Source: Malacoraja senta | Taxonomy: Eukaryota | DNA length: 64,000 bases | Assembly: GCA_038087875.1 (NCBI GenBank) | Contig: JAXLNO010000065.1 | Coordinates: 1 to 64,000 of the forward strand | Reading direction: 5' to 3' | Shown: positions 38,880 through 52,340 of the stretch, piece after piece | Layout of the letters: each line of letters opens with the position of its first letter | Position numbering within the stretch: position 1 is the first letter of the stretch | Program-made: the position numbers and the translations under genes | The notes under the pieces: model-generated | Told to the model about the DNA's origin: nothing | Database searches by the model: none | Seen by the model: the letters and a program-made list of their open reading frames with translations, nothing else

Positions 38880-39530
38880 AGTCAGAGTCATACAGCGTGG
38901 AAACAGGCCCTTCAGCCCAACTTGCCCACACCAACAAACATGTCCCATCTACACTCGAGCCACCTGCCTGTGTTTGGCCCATATCCCCCTAATGTCTCAT
39001 TTTGTCCCATACACCCATCGCCTTTGTGTGAAAAAGTTACCTCTCAGATTCCTATTAAATCTTTTCCCCTTCACCGTAACCCATGTCCTCTGGTTTTCGA
39101 TTCCCCTACTCTGGGCAAAAGATTCTGTGCACTTACCCTATCTATTCCTCTCATGATCTTGTACACATCTACAAGATCACCCATCATCCAATAAAGTCGT
39201 AGCCTGCTCAACCTCTCCCTACAGCACAGGCCCTAGAGTCCTGGCAACATTTGCAAAAATCTTTTCTGCCCCCTTTCCATCTTAACATCAATTTTCCTAC
39301 AACAGGGTGACCAAAACTGAACACAATACTCTAAATATGGCCTCACCAATGTGTTGTACAACTTCAACATGACCTCCCAACTTCTGCACTCAATACTCTG
39401 ACTGATAAAGGCCAATGTGCCAAAAGCCTCTTTGACCATCCAATCTACCTGTGATGCCACCAGCAAGGATCTGTGTATCTGCACTCCTAGATCCTTCTGC
39501 TCAACAACACTCCCCAGAGCCCCACCATCT
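38880..39530 (-). mobile_element. CR1 3' fragment
   Basis: Encodes EQKDLGVQIH...LVRPYLEYCVQFWSP. Confidence 0.8.
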
Positions 39531-39734
39531 TCCTTGCTCACTTGAATCTACTTCCTCACACCCTGCTGCCAGTAAACATTCTCCCTATTCCTCGACCTCC
39601 AAACTATCTGCTCTGCTGGTGAGACTATCCACACAAGTATCTTGGAAAGGTCTTCCAGAATCCTGTCTTTCCTTGTAGCATAGTTGATACAGACCATGTC
39701 TGCATCTCACTTTCCCCAGCTCTACCCTTCAACT

Positions 39735-39990
39735 CCAGCATTCAGTGTTAACAAAGTTAATCTCCCGTACAATGCAGAAATCAAATGCAGATTGGCTGAC
39801 TGTTTTGCAGAATACCTATTTTCAGTTTGCAGGGCAGTCCCAAAATTCCTGGTGTCACTTACAATCCTATTGGCACTCTGAACTATCAGAGTGTGGCCTC
39901 CTGCACTGTTACAATGAGGCCCAACACAAACAGCTGTGTTAATAAAGTCCGCTGTTAACTTCATTTGGTGGTCTTAAATCATTGAAAATA
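39735..39990 (+). pseudogene. Old Penelope GIY-YIG fragment
   Basis: NLPYNAEIKCRLADCFAEYLFSV resembles GETKRRLGDRFAQHLRSV at 8927-9180. Confidence 0.55.
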
Positions 39991-40002
39991 AAACCTAGAA
40001 CC

Positions 40003-40308
40003 TAGTTTAGTTTATGGATACAGCATGGAGACAGGCCCTTCGGCCCACTGAGTCCACACTGACCAGTGATTCACATACACTAGCACTTTCCTACACACTG
40101 GGGACAATTTACAATCTTTACCAAAACCAATTAACCTATAAACCTGTATGTCTCAGGAGTGTGGGATGAAACCGGAGCACCCAGAGAAAACCCACGTGGT
40201 CACGTGGAGAGTGTATAAACTCCGTACAGACAGCAGCCATAGTCAGGATCAATCCCGCGTCTCTAGCACTGTAAGGCAGCAACTCAACTGCTGCGCCACT
40301 GTGCCGCC
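40003..40308 (-). mobile_element. V-SINE copy
   Basis: Full structure. Confidence 0.85.
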
Positions 40309-40614
40309 TGCTAGAACAGTATGCAGGAACAGGCCCTCCGTGCTGATCAAGATACCAATTTAAACTGCACATCTACCTGCACAAGGCCTCTACCCGGCCA
40401 TCCCGCCCCAGTTTAAAAGCTTCTTAAACATTGTCATCGAATCTGCTTCCACCTCGCCTGGCAGTGCATCCCAGACATCTTGTGTAAAAACCTGCCTTGC
40501 AAACTTCCTTCAAACTTTCCCCTTAAATCTATGGCCCTCTAGTATTTGACTTTTTCGAATCTCGAGAAAAAAAAAGACTGACTGACCTTATCTATGCCCC
40601 CTCATCATGTAAAT

Positions 40615-41900
40615 AATGAATAGTGAAAGATCTGAAGAGAGCGAGTGTTAAGAGGATGTTTCCTCTAGTGGGAGAGCCCAGGACCAGAGGCCACAGCCAC
40701 AGAATAAAAGGACGTACCTTTAGAATGGAGATGAGGAGGAATTACTTTAGCCAGAGGATGGTGAACCTATGGAATTCATTGCCACAGACGACCATGGAGG
40801 TCAAGACAATGGATATTTTTAAGGTGGAAACTGACAGATTCTTGATTCGAATGGGTACCTGGGGTTATGGGGAGAAGGCAGGAGAATGGGGTTGAGAGGG
40901 AAAGATAGCTCAGCCATGACTGAACGGCAGAGTGGACTTGATCGGCCTAATGGCCTAATTCTGCTCCTAGAACTTGTGAACTACTATTAGGTCGCCCCTC
41001 AGCCTCCAATGCTCCCAGAGAAAATGGTGGCACAAGTAGACAGTGTGGTAAAGAAGGCGTATGGTTTGCACGCCTTCAGTGGTCGGGACTCTTAGTCAAG
41101 AAGTCATAATGCAGCTCTACAAGGCATTTGTTCGGCTGCAATGGGAATATTGTGTGCCCTTCTGGTCACCCTAATACAGAATGGATGTGGAGGCTTTGGA
41201 GAGGGTGCAGGATAGGTTTACCAGAATGCTACCTGTATTAGGGGTATTAGCTACAAGGAGAAGTTGGACATGGATTGTTTTAGTTTAATTGAGATACAAT
41301 ATGGAAACAGGCCCATCAGCCCGCACTGACCAACAATCGCCCATACACTAGTGCTATCTTACACACTAGAGACAATTTACAGAAGCCAATTAACCTACAA
41401 GCCTAGACGTCTTTGGACTGTGGGAGGAAACTGGAGCACCCAGAGAAAACCCACACAGTCACAGGGAGAATGTAGAAACTCCATACAGACGTAATCAGGA
41501 TCGAAACTGGGTCTCTGGCGCTGAGAGGCAGCAACTCTACCGCTGCACCACCCCAAGTTTTCTCTAGAACACTGGAATTTGCAGTGAGACCTGATAGAAG
41601 TATATATGAGAGATATTGACACGGCAGACAGAACTTTTTTTTCCGCAGGGTGGAAGTGTCAAAGACTAGAAGGCATAGTTTTAAGATGAGAAGGGCAAAG
41701 TTTAAAGGAGACATATGGGGCAAGTTTTATTTTTACACAGAGGATGATGAGTGCCTGGAACGCACTGCTGGAGGCAGGTAGACTTTTAGATAGGCACATG
41801 CATATGCAGACAATGGAGGGATGCATGCAGATAAGATTAGTTCAGCACAGCATCATGTTTGGCACAGACATTGTGGACCAAAGGGCCTGTTCCTGCAGCT
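40615..41900 (+). mobile_element. Cluster of CR1 3' fragments with a V-SINE inserted on the - strand (about 41278-41552)
   Basis: Encodes RMFPLVGEPRTRGH...FSQRMVNLWNSLP; the SINE splits the second CR1. Confidence 0.75.
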
Positions 41901-42174
41901 AATTCATAAGGCGGCACATTGAATTGAAGTGGAGAAATACTGCCAGTGAGGGAGGGGAGGAAGGAAAGGACTGCACATCAGCAACCTTCTCCCACACTGA
42001 CTGTAGACCAGAGGTAAGAGTGTCAGACACAAACTGGTGTAGCTGACAGCCAACCTGGGAACTTTGTGATGGGGTGAGCATTTCGAGAGGATTATGTTAA
42101 TACGGCCCCAGCACTCAATGACTTGAAGCAAGTTCCATCTGAGACTGATTACATGACGATCATTAAACGTGAAG

Positions 42175-42374
42175 NNNNNNNNNNNNNNNNNNNNNNNNNN
42201 NNNNNNNNNNNNNNNNNNNNNNNNNNNNNNNNNNNNNNNNNNNNNNNNNNNNNNNNNNNNNNNNNNNNNNNNNNNNNNNNNNNNNNNNNNNNNNNNNNNN
42301 NNNNNNNNNNNNNNNNNNNNNNNNNNNNNNNNNNNNNNNNNNNNNNNNNNNNNNNNNNNNNNNNNNNNNNNNNN
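42175..42374. other. Assembly gap (200 N)
   Basis: Run of n. Confidence 1.
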
Positions 42375-43765
42375 GCAGGTTACAGGAGAGCTGGAGCTCA
42401 GTGTGAGTCTCTGCCACTCGATGGTGAGGTGTTGGGGCACTCCAGTGACCACCTGGCTGGAGCAGACACTTACTGTAGTCCACCCTGCCTCCGTTAGGTC
42501 TTGAACCTGTGCAACTTGCCGAGGAAAGAATATCGTGCTCCTCGCCCCTGTGACCTGGCATTTCTGATTGTGCTGTGACTTCCTTTGTCAGAAGGAGTTA
42601 CTTTACAGTAAGTGATCCAGTAATTCTGATCTACAGTTTTAAGGCATGCATTATGTTACAGTAATCACACATTAATAATGTAGCGAATCAGACTGTACCA
42701 TAAAGGCTGACCCATATTACTAACATACAGTGTATTATTGATGTATTCAGTTGCAATATCGACCTGGATACTGAGAATGCTTCATGTTTTCATATCTGAT
42801 CTAACATTATTAATGTAGAGTAGATTAGAGGTGTGTTATCCCACAATTACTTACAGAGAGTTCCTGATATAAAGTACTTTTGTGACTATTACATTGCAAT
42901 GAACTTACTCATGTTACTGATCCACACTTTATTGAAGACACACTTGTATATTTTTGCTGAATCAATGTAACTATATTATGTTATAATGTTATTACCAATA
43001 AACAGTGTGTTTGGAAAATAACAATAAGTGAGCCAGTATTGCTGTTACTGAGTGTTAGAGATGGGTTTTGTTAAAGTTACTTACTCAATGTTAATAATAT
43101 CCAGTATAATAGAGCAAAACACAAAGTGCTGGAGCAGCTCACAGCTCGGGCAACATCTCTGCAGGTAATGGATAAGCAACGTTTCGGGTCAGGACCTTTC
43201 TTAGACGGATTCTATTAGAGGGAGAAAGCTGGAAAGCGGTGTGTTTGGGACAACACCTGGCAAGGATAGGTGGATACAGGTACGGTGACCGCAGGTTGGC
43301 GTGGAGGGCCTGTTTCCACGCTGTATCTCAAAACTAAACTAAAGTCGAGAGGGTTTTTGATTATCAGATGGGTACAGTGAGTAACAAAGGCAAGAGATGA
43401 ACAGCAGACAAAAGGGCAGAAAATCGCTGCGGCAACTCAGCTGGTCACGTAGCATCTCTGGAGACATGGATAGGTGGCGTTTTGGATCGGCATCGTGTCA
43501 TCAATCCATTTTCATCATAGAAGCTGCTTGTCCTGCTGAGACTCCCGCACTGTGCCTCCTTTTGTCCATTCCAGCATCTGCAGTTATTTCTTTCTGTCGG
43601 AGCCAAAAGGGGTGTCAGATAAGGAGTGAGAGGATGGGAACAGTAAAGTCAGAGGGAGCGAGGAATATAGGTGGAAGGAGACATGGGGATTAGGAAAGAT
43701 GGATAGTGAGAGAAATGGGTGTGCACCAGGGTGGGGGAGCACAGGATAGAGAGGAGGGATTGTGT

Positions 43766-43796
<31 letters not shown>

Positions 43797-43814
43797 GGGG
43801 GGGAGAGATCACTG

Positions 43815-43985
43815 TTCATACCATTTGTAAGATGCCCAAAGCAAAATAGAGCTGCTGTCCCTCTAGTTTGCATGTGGCTTCTCTCTGTCAATGGAGGAGG
43901 CCAAAGACGAAAGGTTGGTATGGAATGGTGAAGTGGGTGTTTAAATGGTTAGCTACCGGAGATCCAGCAGGCCTTGGCAGACAGA
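43815..43985 (-). pseudogene. Degraded Penelope GIY-YIG fragment
   Basis: Nucleotide similarity to 8950-9120 (gcccaaagcaaaatagagctgc...atggaggaggccaaagacgaaaggttgg). Confidence 0.55.
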
Positions 43986-46294
43986 ATACAAGTGTTTTCC
44001 CCACTGCTACAATCATGCTGAGGAATGGTCGGACCTGAAACATTATCTATCTTGCAGGAGTTACTCTAGCCCTTTGTATTTTTCTCAAGATTCCAGCATC
44101 TGCAGTTTCTTGTGTTTCAACTATAATAGATACAGTCTTATTATGTTGCAATGATTTATTCCTTATTATTGGGAATTGTTCGAGATCAGGATTGGCTGCA
44201 GTCAAAAGGTAGGCTTTAAATTTGAGTGATTGAAAGCAGAGTGGCAGGGAATGCAAGATGGCGGTCAGGATCTGTTGGTGAAGGAACCATCCACCCGTCA
44301 GCACTGCGCTGCCGTCTAGATCTTGCACTGTGCAGGTGAGGGGCTGAGGTCGAGGGTGTTTGAGAGCAGTCCCAGTGAGGCCAACTACAAAGGGTGAACT
44401 GTGGAGAAGTGGGGTGCGTTATACCATGCGACTGTAGTACGCATGTGGGGAATGTACTGTGATTGTTGGCCTATTGACTTTGATAGGAGGTTAGTCTGGG
44501 CTGTCTCTCAGAGATGTCTGCGTTTCAGCCTCGCTTACAGTGCGGGGAGATCATCAATACAATGTGCATTTACCCTAGGAATGCTGTGATGTGATTGATG
44601 GAATAAGTGGTGCCCTGTTTTGTTCTTCCCAGATCACATGCCTGGGATCTCTCAAAACATTTTGCCGTGTTAGATGAGTTATGAAAATACAAAGTGGTTT
44701 TACTGGCACAGGAAAGGGGGTGGTTGACCCAATGGGAACATTTGGAACTCAGGAATTTTGTAGGTGAAAGTGTAGGTTCCTTTCAGAAAAATAAGATGAT
44801 GGAAAAAGATTGTACGCAAAAGCTCTGGTCACCCAAAGAAAAACTGCTTTCCTGAACAGTAAAAAGAGAGATTGGTGGCGTGATTGAGGATTGGGGGTGG
44901 AGGGAAGGAGGGAGGGGTGGGGTGTGGGTTGGTGAGGGAGAGGGGATCGGAGGACTGGGGCGTGAAGTCTTCCACTTCTGGTGACGGTTGCACCTTAACA
45001 TAGAACAATTCAGCACATGTTTTTGTGCCGAACATGATGCCAAGTTTAAACTGATCTCATCTGCCTGCACATGATCCATATCTCTCTATTCCCGGTACTT
45101 CCATGTGCCGATGTAAAAGTCTCTTCAATGCCACTATTGTATCTACCTCCAGCCTGACAGTACGTTCCACGCTCCCACCACTCTGTGTAAAAAAAAAAAA
45201 AAAAGTTGCTCCGCACATCTCCATTAAACCATCCCCCTATCACCCTAGAGCTATACCCTGTAGTGTTGGATATTTCCGCCTTGGGGGGGGAAAGGTTCTG
45301 GCTGTCTACCTTATCGAAGCCGCTCATAATGTTGTATACTTTTATCAAGTCTCCCCTCAGCCCTGTGTGCAGGAAGGAACGGCAGATGCCCGTTTTACAC
45401 CGAAGATAGACACAAAATGTTGGAGTAACTCAGCGGGGTCAGGTAGCATCTCTGGAGAAAGGTCTATGTTGGATTATCAGTCTGAAGAGGGTTTTGACCC
45501 AGAAAGTCTCCTATTTCTTTTCTCCAGAGATGCTGCCTGACCCACTCCAGCATTTTGTGTCTATTTCCCCTCGACCCTTGCGGGTCCCTGCCTGTTACCA
45601 GATCATCGGATGAGGTTATGTATTCCTGCCCTGGGCAAGGTATGTGCATCCATGTAACATATAACCAAGAGTGGTTGTAAGTATCGAACAATGAAGGGGC
45701 AACAGCAGCATCCCAAAGGTTCATTATCTCTAACGCAGAAAGTATGAAGTGAAATGTCTGTGTAAAGATCGGTAGGTGAGCAAATGTTACGGAAACTACC
45801 CAGAGTGCGAGACGAGCTAAAGAATAAATATCAGGATGGGTTTTAAATAAAACTCCAGGCTGTGGGAATGCGATCTGTCAGCAAATATTGATGAGTGCCC
45901 CTGGGGAAAGCAGGGTGCTCCTGGCTATCATCAGAGCCCAGCCAAAGTTGTTGTCAGTCAGTCGGTCAGTCAAGTCCACTTTCCTGTCTGCAGGGAGGCG
46001 ACCACACTGTTGTAATAGACCCCACCGTACATCAGAGCTCAGGCTTCAAACTGCCTCTCGCAGTTATTCGAGTACACGGATCAGTTCACACTGCTCACCC
46101 AGGGACAGGGTCCTGACCAGGAAAGGACAGGGGTCAGTGTGAGATTCCAGTCAATAACGCAGAAAAGAGGATGATAAATGAACAAACAGGGCCACTAGTG
46201 AAAGGAACACTTATCCACTGTCTGGCACTGACTGATCTGTTTCTGTCTCACCACCTGTATAGGACACACTGGGTAAAATGGAACACCCCTGTCA

Positions 46295-47321
46295 TACGTT
46301 CATAGGTTTAAGAGCAGAATTAGACCATTCGGCCATCAAGTCTACTCTGCCATTTAATCATGGCCGATCTATCTTTCCCTCTCAACCCATTCTCCTGCCT
46401 TCTTCCTGTAACTCTACACCCTTACTAATCAAGAATGTGTCAATCTCTGCCATAAAAATATCCATTGACTTGGCCTCCACAGCCGGCTGTGGCAATGAAT
46501 TCCACAGATTCACCATTCTCTGACTAAAGAAATTCCTTCTCGGCTCCGTTCCAAAGTTACATCCTTTTATTCTGAGACCCCTGTTCCTAGACTCTCCCAC
46601 TATTAGAAACATCCTCTCCACATTCACTCTATTCAGGCCCCACCCCCCCCCCTCCCCCCGGGGCTCATCATATATTAACCTAATCGTTCCTGGGATCATT
46701 CTTGTAAACCTCCTCTGAATCCTCTCCAACGCCAGCACATCCTTCCTCGGATATGGGCCCAAAACTGCTCTCAATACTCCAAACGCGCTCCAATACCAAC
46801 TATAAATATGTGGATTTCAAATATGTTTGAAACATTACACCTAGAAGAGATAAGACTCCTCCTAGCAGGTAAACCAGATCACTTCCACCTGACGTGGTCT
46901 GCATTTATAGAATTATTACAAACATAGGGTGCAAAAGTACTTTAAAAAAATAAAAAAATTGAGGTCAGGTAAGGGGGGATGATAGTTGAAGAGTTGGTAT
47001 GTCCTATTTACGTGATGCTCAAAAAAAAACATTTGTTTCTCTTTTTTTCTCTTTCTCTTTTCTTTTCTTAGGGCCTATTTCTTAACTCTTTTTCTTTTTG
47101 TTTTTAATTTCGCTCTTATAGGGTCTTCGTCCTTTTTTGTTGTTACATTTTCTACACTTTTCTACACTTACACTTTTTCCTTCACTTTCTTCTTTCTTTC
47201 AATTTTTTCTTTCTCTAGTGTAAAAAAATAAAATAAAGGGAGTACATTAATTGTAAGAAGATATAAATGACGAGTATTAATGTATGTGGTTGTAATGTAA
47301 TGTACTTCTAATAAATAAAAT

Positions 47322-47352
<31 letters not shown>

Positions 47353-47525
47353 ACTCCAAACGCAGTCTGACCAGTGCCTTATAATGTCATAGCATTACAT
47401 CCCTGTTTTTGTATTCTAGCCCTCGGAATTTTGCATTTGCTTTCCTTGCTACTTATTGGACATGCAAATTAACTTTTTGTGAATTCTGCTGCAACACTCC
47501 CTTGTCCCTTTACACCTTCGATTTC
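46295..47525 (-). mobile_element. CR1 3' fragment split by an L1 insertion
   Basis: Encodes KDVLALERIQRRFTRMIPG...FFSQRMVNLWNSLP; resumes at 47350. Confidence 0.8.
46787..47349 (+). mobile_element. 5'-truncated L1 3' end
   Basis: Encodes APIPTINMWISNMFETLHLEEIRLLLAGKPDHFHLTWSAFIELLQT*, then a T-rich 3' UTR and (aaat)n tail. 14-bp TSD aatactccaaacgc at 46773-46786 and 47350-47363. Confidence 0.9.
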
Positions 47526-48484
47526 TGAATCATTGAATCATACGGCACGGAAACGGATGCTTCGACATAACTCTTCCATGCCATGCCCAAGATGCCCAAT
47601 CTAAGCTGGTCCTACTTGCCTGTGTTTGGCCCATATCCCTCTAAACAATTTCTATCCATGTACCAGGATATTATTTCAACCTTAGGACATAGGTATAAGG
47701 TGAGATGTGAAAGAATTAATGGCAACCTGAGGTGGTAACTTTTCCCACAAAAAGGAGTGAATGAGCTGCCGGAGGAGATAGTTGAGGCAGGTAATATCCG
47801 AACATTTAAGAAACATTTAGACAGGTACATGGGTAGGACAGGTTTTAGAGGACTATGTGTCAAATGCAGCAGGTGGGACTAGAGTAGATGGGATATGTTG
47901 GTTGGTGTGGGCAAGTTGGGCTGAAGGGCCTGTTTCTACACTGTATCACTGACTCTAAGATGGGAAGCTCTTGTTGAGTGAGAGAGGTGCAGTCTGTTTT
48001 TAATTCCTTGTCGCTCATCCGAGTCTGTAATTAGCTGGTTGGAGGGAACATTGGGCTCCTTGTTCTACCTCTGTCCTCCTCCCCACCAACCCCTCCCTCC
48101 ACATTACAGCAACCCTTGTCAGCTCTGAGTGAAAGCAGATCAAAGATGGGGAGTGAGCTGAGCCAGAATGAGCGCAGACTCTGTACAAGCCGACTGTGTG
48201 TTGACAAGTGTGGGAAACTTGCAGCATTGTTGGACAAAGAGAACTCGTGCTCGAACTTTGGACACGACAGGCTGTCTGAGAATGTACATTGAAGCGATCA
48301 TGATACATTGCCATTGTTAGGTTTATTATTGTCACGTGCTCAAGTTCAGTCAAAGCTTTTATTTACATGCAATTAAATCGGATAATACTATACATAAATA
48401 CAATCGACCAAATTCAAATACAATAGGTAGAGTGAAGATAAGATACAGAGTGCAGAATATAGTTAGTTCTCAGTATTTCGACAT

Positions 48485-48900
48485 TAGACTTTAGAGATAC
48501 AGCATGGAAAAAGGCCCTTCGGTCCACTGGGTCCATGCTCCCCAGCGATCACCCCGTATGTAGCACTATCCTACACGTCAGGGACAATTTACAATTTTAC
48601 AGAGTTCAAGTAAGCTTCTGACTAAAGAAATTCCTTCTCGGCTCCGTTCTAAAGGTACGTCCTTTTATTCTGAGACCCCTGTTCCTAGACTCTCCCACTA
48701 TTAGAAACATCCTTCCATGCCTTTGGAGTGTGGGAGGAAACCAGAGTGTATGCCTTTGGAGTGTGGGAGGAAACCAGAGCACCAGAGGAAACCACGCAGT
48801 CACAGGGAGAATGTAGAAACCCTGTACAGACAGCACCCATGGTCAGAATCGAACCCGGGTCTCTGGCACTGTAAGGCAGCAACTCTACTGTTGCGCCACT
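48485..48900 (-). mobile_element. V-SINE containing a 97-bp CR1-derived insert
   Basis: SINE tail and head flank 48617-48713. Confidence 0.8.
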
Positions 48901-49780
48901 AGTCTTGTAGCGTAACAGTTCCAGAGGAAAACCCCCCAATGTGGCAATGAGGTAGGATGGAGAATTGGGACCACACCCTAGCTTATGGAAGAACCGTTCA
49001 CATGTCCGATACTGAGGGGAAGAAGCTGTTCCTGGGACTAGTGGTGCGCCCTTTCAAGCTTCTATATTTTCTTCCCGAAGGGAGTGTGGAGAAGAAGGAA
49101 TGATTGGGGTGGGAAGCTTTGACAAGCTCTGCCTAGTTCCTGACCTTTTGCAGATTGTCAAAATTGAAGATTTAAGGTATGATGCAAATACATTTGGAAT
49201 GATTTACAAGCGAGCAGCGTGTCCAGAAACAACACTATAATAAACAGTGGGCTCGAGAATGCCAGACCCACGTGCATTTGAGGTCGAGGTGGCAGCCTCA
49301 CCAGCAGCCTGTGTGTTATTTCAACTTTTTTTGTTTTTTTAGTGTGTCTAAAATGTATGTTTTAATGTTTCTCGGTATGTTTTATGTGGGGGGTGTGGGG
49401 GGGGGAAACCGTTTTCAGTCATTTGATCTTCCCCCGTCCCCCCTTTGCGGCCTAACAACTGGATTGGTGCGGCCTTTCCTGGAGACCAGCCCGGTGCTTC
49501 AAGCTGCAAGCATGGAGCGGATTTATCATTGCGGAGCGGGAGATCCTTTGCGAGGATCGCTGTGGAAGTGCTCTGACAGCGGAGCTTGTAGATTTTAACA
49601 CCGTGAAGCCCGTGGTCTCCGGTAAGAAAAGGCCGACTCGGGAGCTCCATGCTGCGGAGTGTTCCAATCCGGACCCAACGCCGGAGTTTCCATCATCCGA
49701 CAAGAGGGCTTAAACAGCGGACTGTTGGCAACCAGTGGTCATTCAAAGGCCCCGACCACTGGTGCACAAAGGAGGAAGAT

Positions 49781-50447
49781 TTTTTTTGTTGATTTTTTAA
49801 AAATATTTTTATTAGAAGTACGGTAAATTACAGTAATACACAACACTTATATCTTAATACATTCTTTATACCGCCTCATTTTTTTAAGCTTTAAGAGAAA
49901 GATAGAAGTAAGAAAAGTAAAGAAAGTGCGCAAGAGTCGTGAGGTGCAAGAGAGTGTTGTGAAAAGAAAGCCCCTTAGAAAAGAAGTTAGAGAAGGAAGT
50001 AAAGTAAGAAAGTAGATCCTAAAAAAGAAAGAAAAAGAGAGTAGGAACAATCGCAGAAAGGGAACCACCAACCAAGTCTGTTTTTATTGTTTTACCTCCC
50101 ATTACCAGGTCCTGATACCATTTCTTTATTTATTTATTTTTTAAATTACTATTGCACCTCATGCTTGTAATAGGTCCAAAAACGTAGACCACGTCTTTTG
50201 GAATTGGTCTGCTTTCCCTGCTAAGAGGAATCTCATCTCTTCCAGATGTAATGTTTCCAACATATTTGATGTCCACATTTTTATTGTTGGTGTGGGTGCA
50301 TTTTTCCAGAATTTAAGTATAAGCCTTTTTCCCATTATTAGCCCTTCTGATAAGTTCTTCTGATACACGTTTAATTCAGGGATACCTTCCGATATTCCAA
50401 AAATGATCCATTCTGGATTTGGTACCAGTTTTATTTTAATTAATTTT
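49781..50447 (-). mobile_element. 5'-truncated L1 3' end inserted in the CpG-rich retroelement (about 49290-50630)
   Basis: Encodes IIFG...GKRLILKFWKNAPTPTIKMW...QFQKTWSTFLDLL. Imperfect TSD gaggaagat/gaggaggat at 49772-49780 and 50448-50456. Confidence 0.85.
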
Positions 50448-51084
50448 GAGGAGGATGACTGAACTTTATTGCCTTCCATCACAGTGAGGAATGTTGATTC
50501 CACTGTGGTGGATGTTTATGTTAAATTTATTGTGTATTGTGTTTTTTTTACTTGTATGGCTGTATGGTAACTCCAATATCACTGTACCTTAATTGGTGCC
50601 TGTGATAATAAATGTGAACTTGAACTTGTCTTGGTATTGGTAACATGAGGTGTCTTAGGACATTTAACATTGATAAATGTGCAACAGTAGCAGTTTTCTG
50701 GGGAAATATAAAAGAATGATTGTGATTTGATCATCTTGGTAAGGATGGCAAACTGAAATTATCTGCTGGTGTGGGAAGTAAATGGAGTTAGGCTGCAGAA
50801 CAGGATTGCAAGAAGTGGCAGAACGGAGCAAAGTTCATGTGAATTGTTCCCACATGTGTGTTTGCATATACAGGGACGAGGACGGAGACACGCCAGGCTG
50901 TAGTGAAACATCACCTTTTTCATCTTAAAGTCAAAAATCTTTATTGGTATTGAATAATGGTATAAGTATAAATGGAGTACAAGTTTCACAATGATTATTG
51001 AAGAGCATAGAAACGTACAACACGGGCCCTTTGGTTCACCATGTCTGTGCAGACCTTGCTGCCAATCTAACCAATCCATCTTTA

Positions 51085-51495
51085 GGTTTTACTTTACTTT
51101 TGAGATACTGTATGGAAACAGGCCCTTCGACCGAATGAGTCCATGCCGAGCAGCGATCACCCGTATACTAGTTCTATCCTCCACACTTTTAAGGATAGAC
51201 AATTTACAGAAGCCAATTAACCTACAAGTCTGAAGAAGGGTTTCGGCCCGAAACGTTACCTATTTCCTTCGCTCCATAGATGCTGCTGCACCCGCTGAGT
51301 TTCTCCAGCATTTTTGTGAACCTACAAACCTGCACATCTCTGGATTGTGGGAGGAAACCGGAGCACCTGGAGAAAACCCACATGGACACTGGCAGAATGT
51401 ACAAACTCCATACAGACAGCACCTGTAGTCAGGATCGAACCCTGGTCTCTGGCGCTGTACCGCTTCCTACCTCAACAGTTGTGCCTCTGTGCCAC
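51085..51495 (-). mobile_element. V-SINE hosting a 91-bp hammerhead unit
   Basis: SINE is continuous on both sides of 51228-51318. Confidence 0.8.
51228..51318 (+). mobile_element. 91-bp Penelope-derived hammerhead unit
   Basis: 9-bp TSD aacctacaa at 51219-51227 and 51319-51327. Core ctgaagaa-gggt-ttcg-gccc-gaaacgtt. Confidence 0.85.
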
Positions 51496-52039
51496 AGAGG
51501 AAGGGTTCCGACCTGACACGTCAGCTATCCATGTTCTCCAGGGATGCTGCCTGATCCGCTGAGTTACTCCAGCACTTTGTGATTTTTATTTGCATTTTAA
51601 CCAGCATCTGCAGTTCCTTGTTTCTACAAACGTTGGTTGACGATTGGGTTTCACCAGCGTACCTGGGAGAACTCTTTGCACTTTTATGAACATCCACATG
51701 AGGGCGCTTGTTTCAACGACCCATTGGAGTGAGAGAGCCTGGGACTGTTCAGCACTCCCTCAATACTACACTGGGGTCAACCCTGACCTTGTACCCCCGT
51801 CTCTGGGCATTGGATAGGCCAACAGAAGCAACAGTTCTTCCACTGAACCTTCCAGATAGTGTAATGTAGGACCACACATTGAGGCTATTTAAACAACATC
51901 TGCTGGTTGTCCTGTCATAGTGGGAGTTCCTTCCACTTGTGGGAAGTATTATCAATATACGAGGGTACTTGAAGCAAGGAGCACCATTGTCCACATTCAT
52001 CCAGAGACTGTATACCTGCATTAGCGTTCCATATATCTG

Positions 52040-52340
52040 CGACACAGAGGCGCAGCTGGAAGAGCTGCTGCCTCACAGCACCAGAGACCCGGGTTTGATC
52101 CTGACCTTGGGTGCTGTCTGTGTGGACTGTGCATGTTCTCCCTCTGATCAAATGGGTTTCTTCCTGGTCCTCTGGTTTCTTTCCGTGCGGGGTTGGAGGT
52201 TAATTGTCCTCTGTAAATTGCCCCGAGTGTGTGGGGTCTAGATGTGAAAGTGGGATAACATAGGAACCGTGTGACCAGGTGATCGGCTGGTAGGCACGGA
52301 CAGGGTGGGCCCATGTGGTCTGTCATGCGGTATCTCTACA
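52040..52340 (+). mobile_element. Older V-SINE variant
   Basis: Degenerate A and B boxes and V-domain. Confidence 0.7.

Noticed and set aside
41904..42561. ORFs containing long X runs
   Set aside because: They span the 200-N assembly gap.
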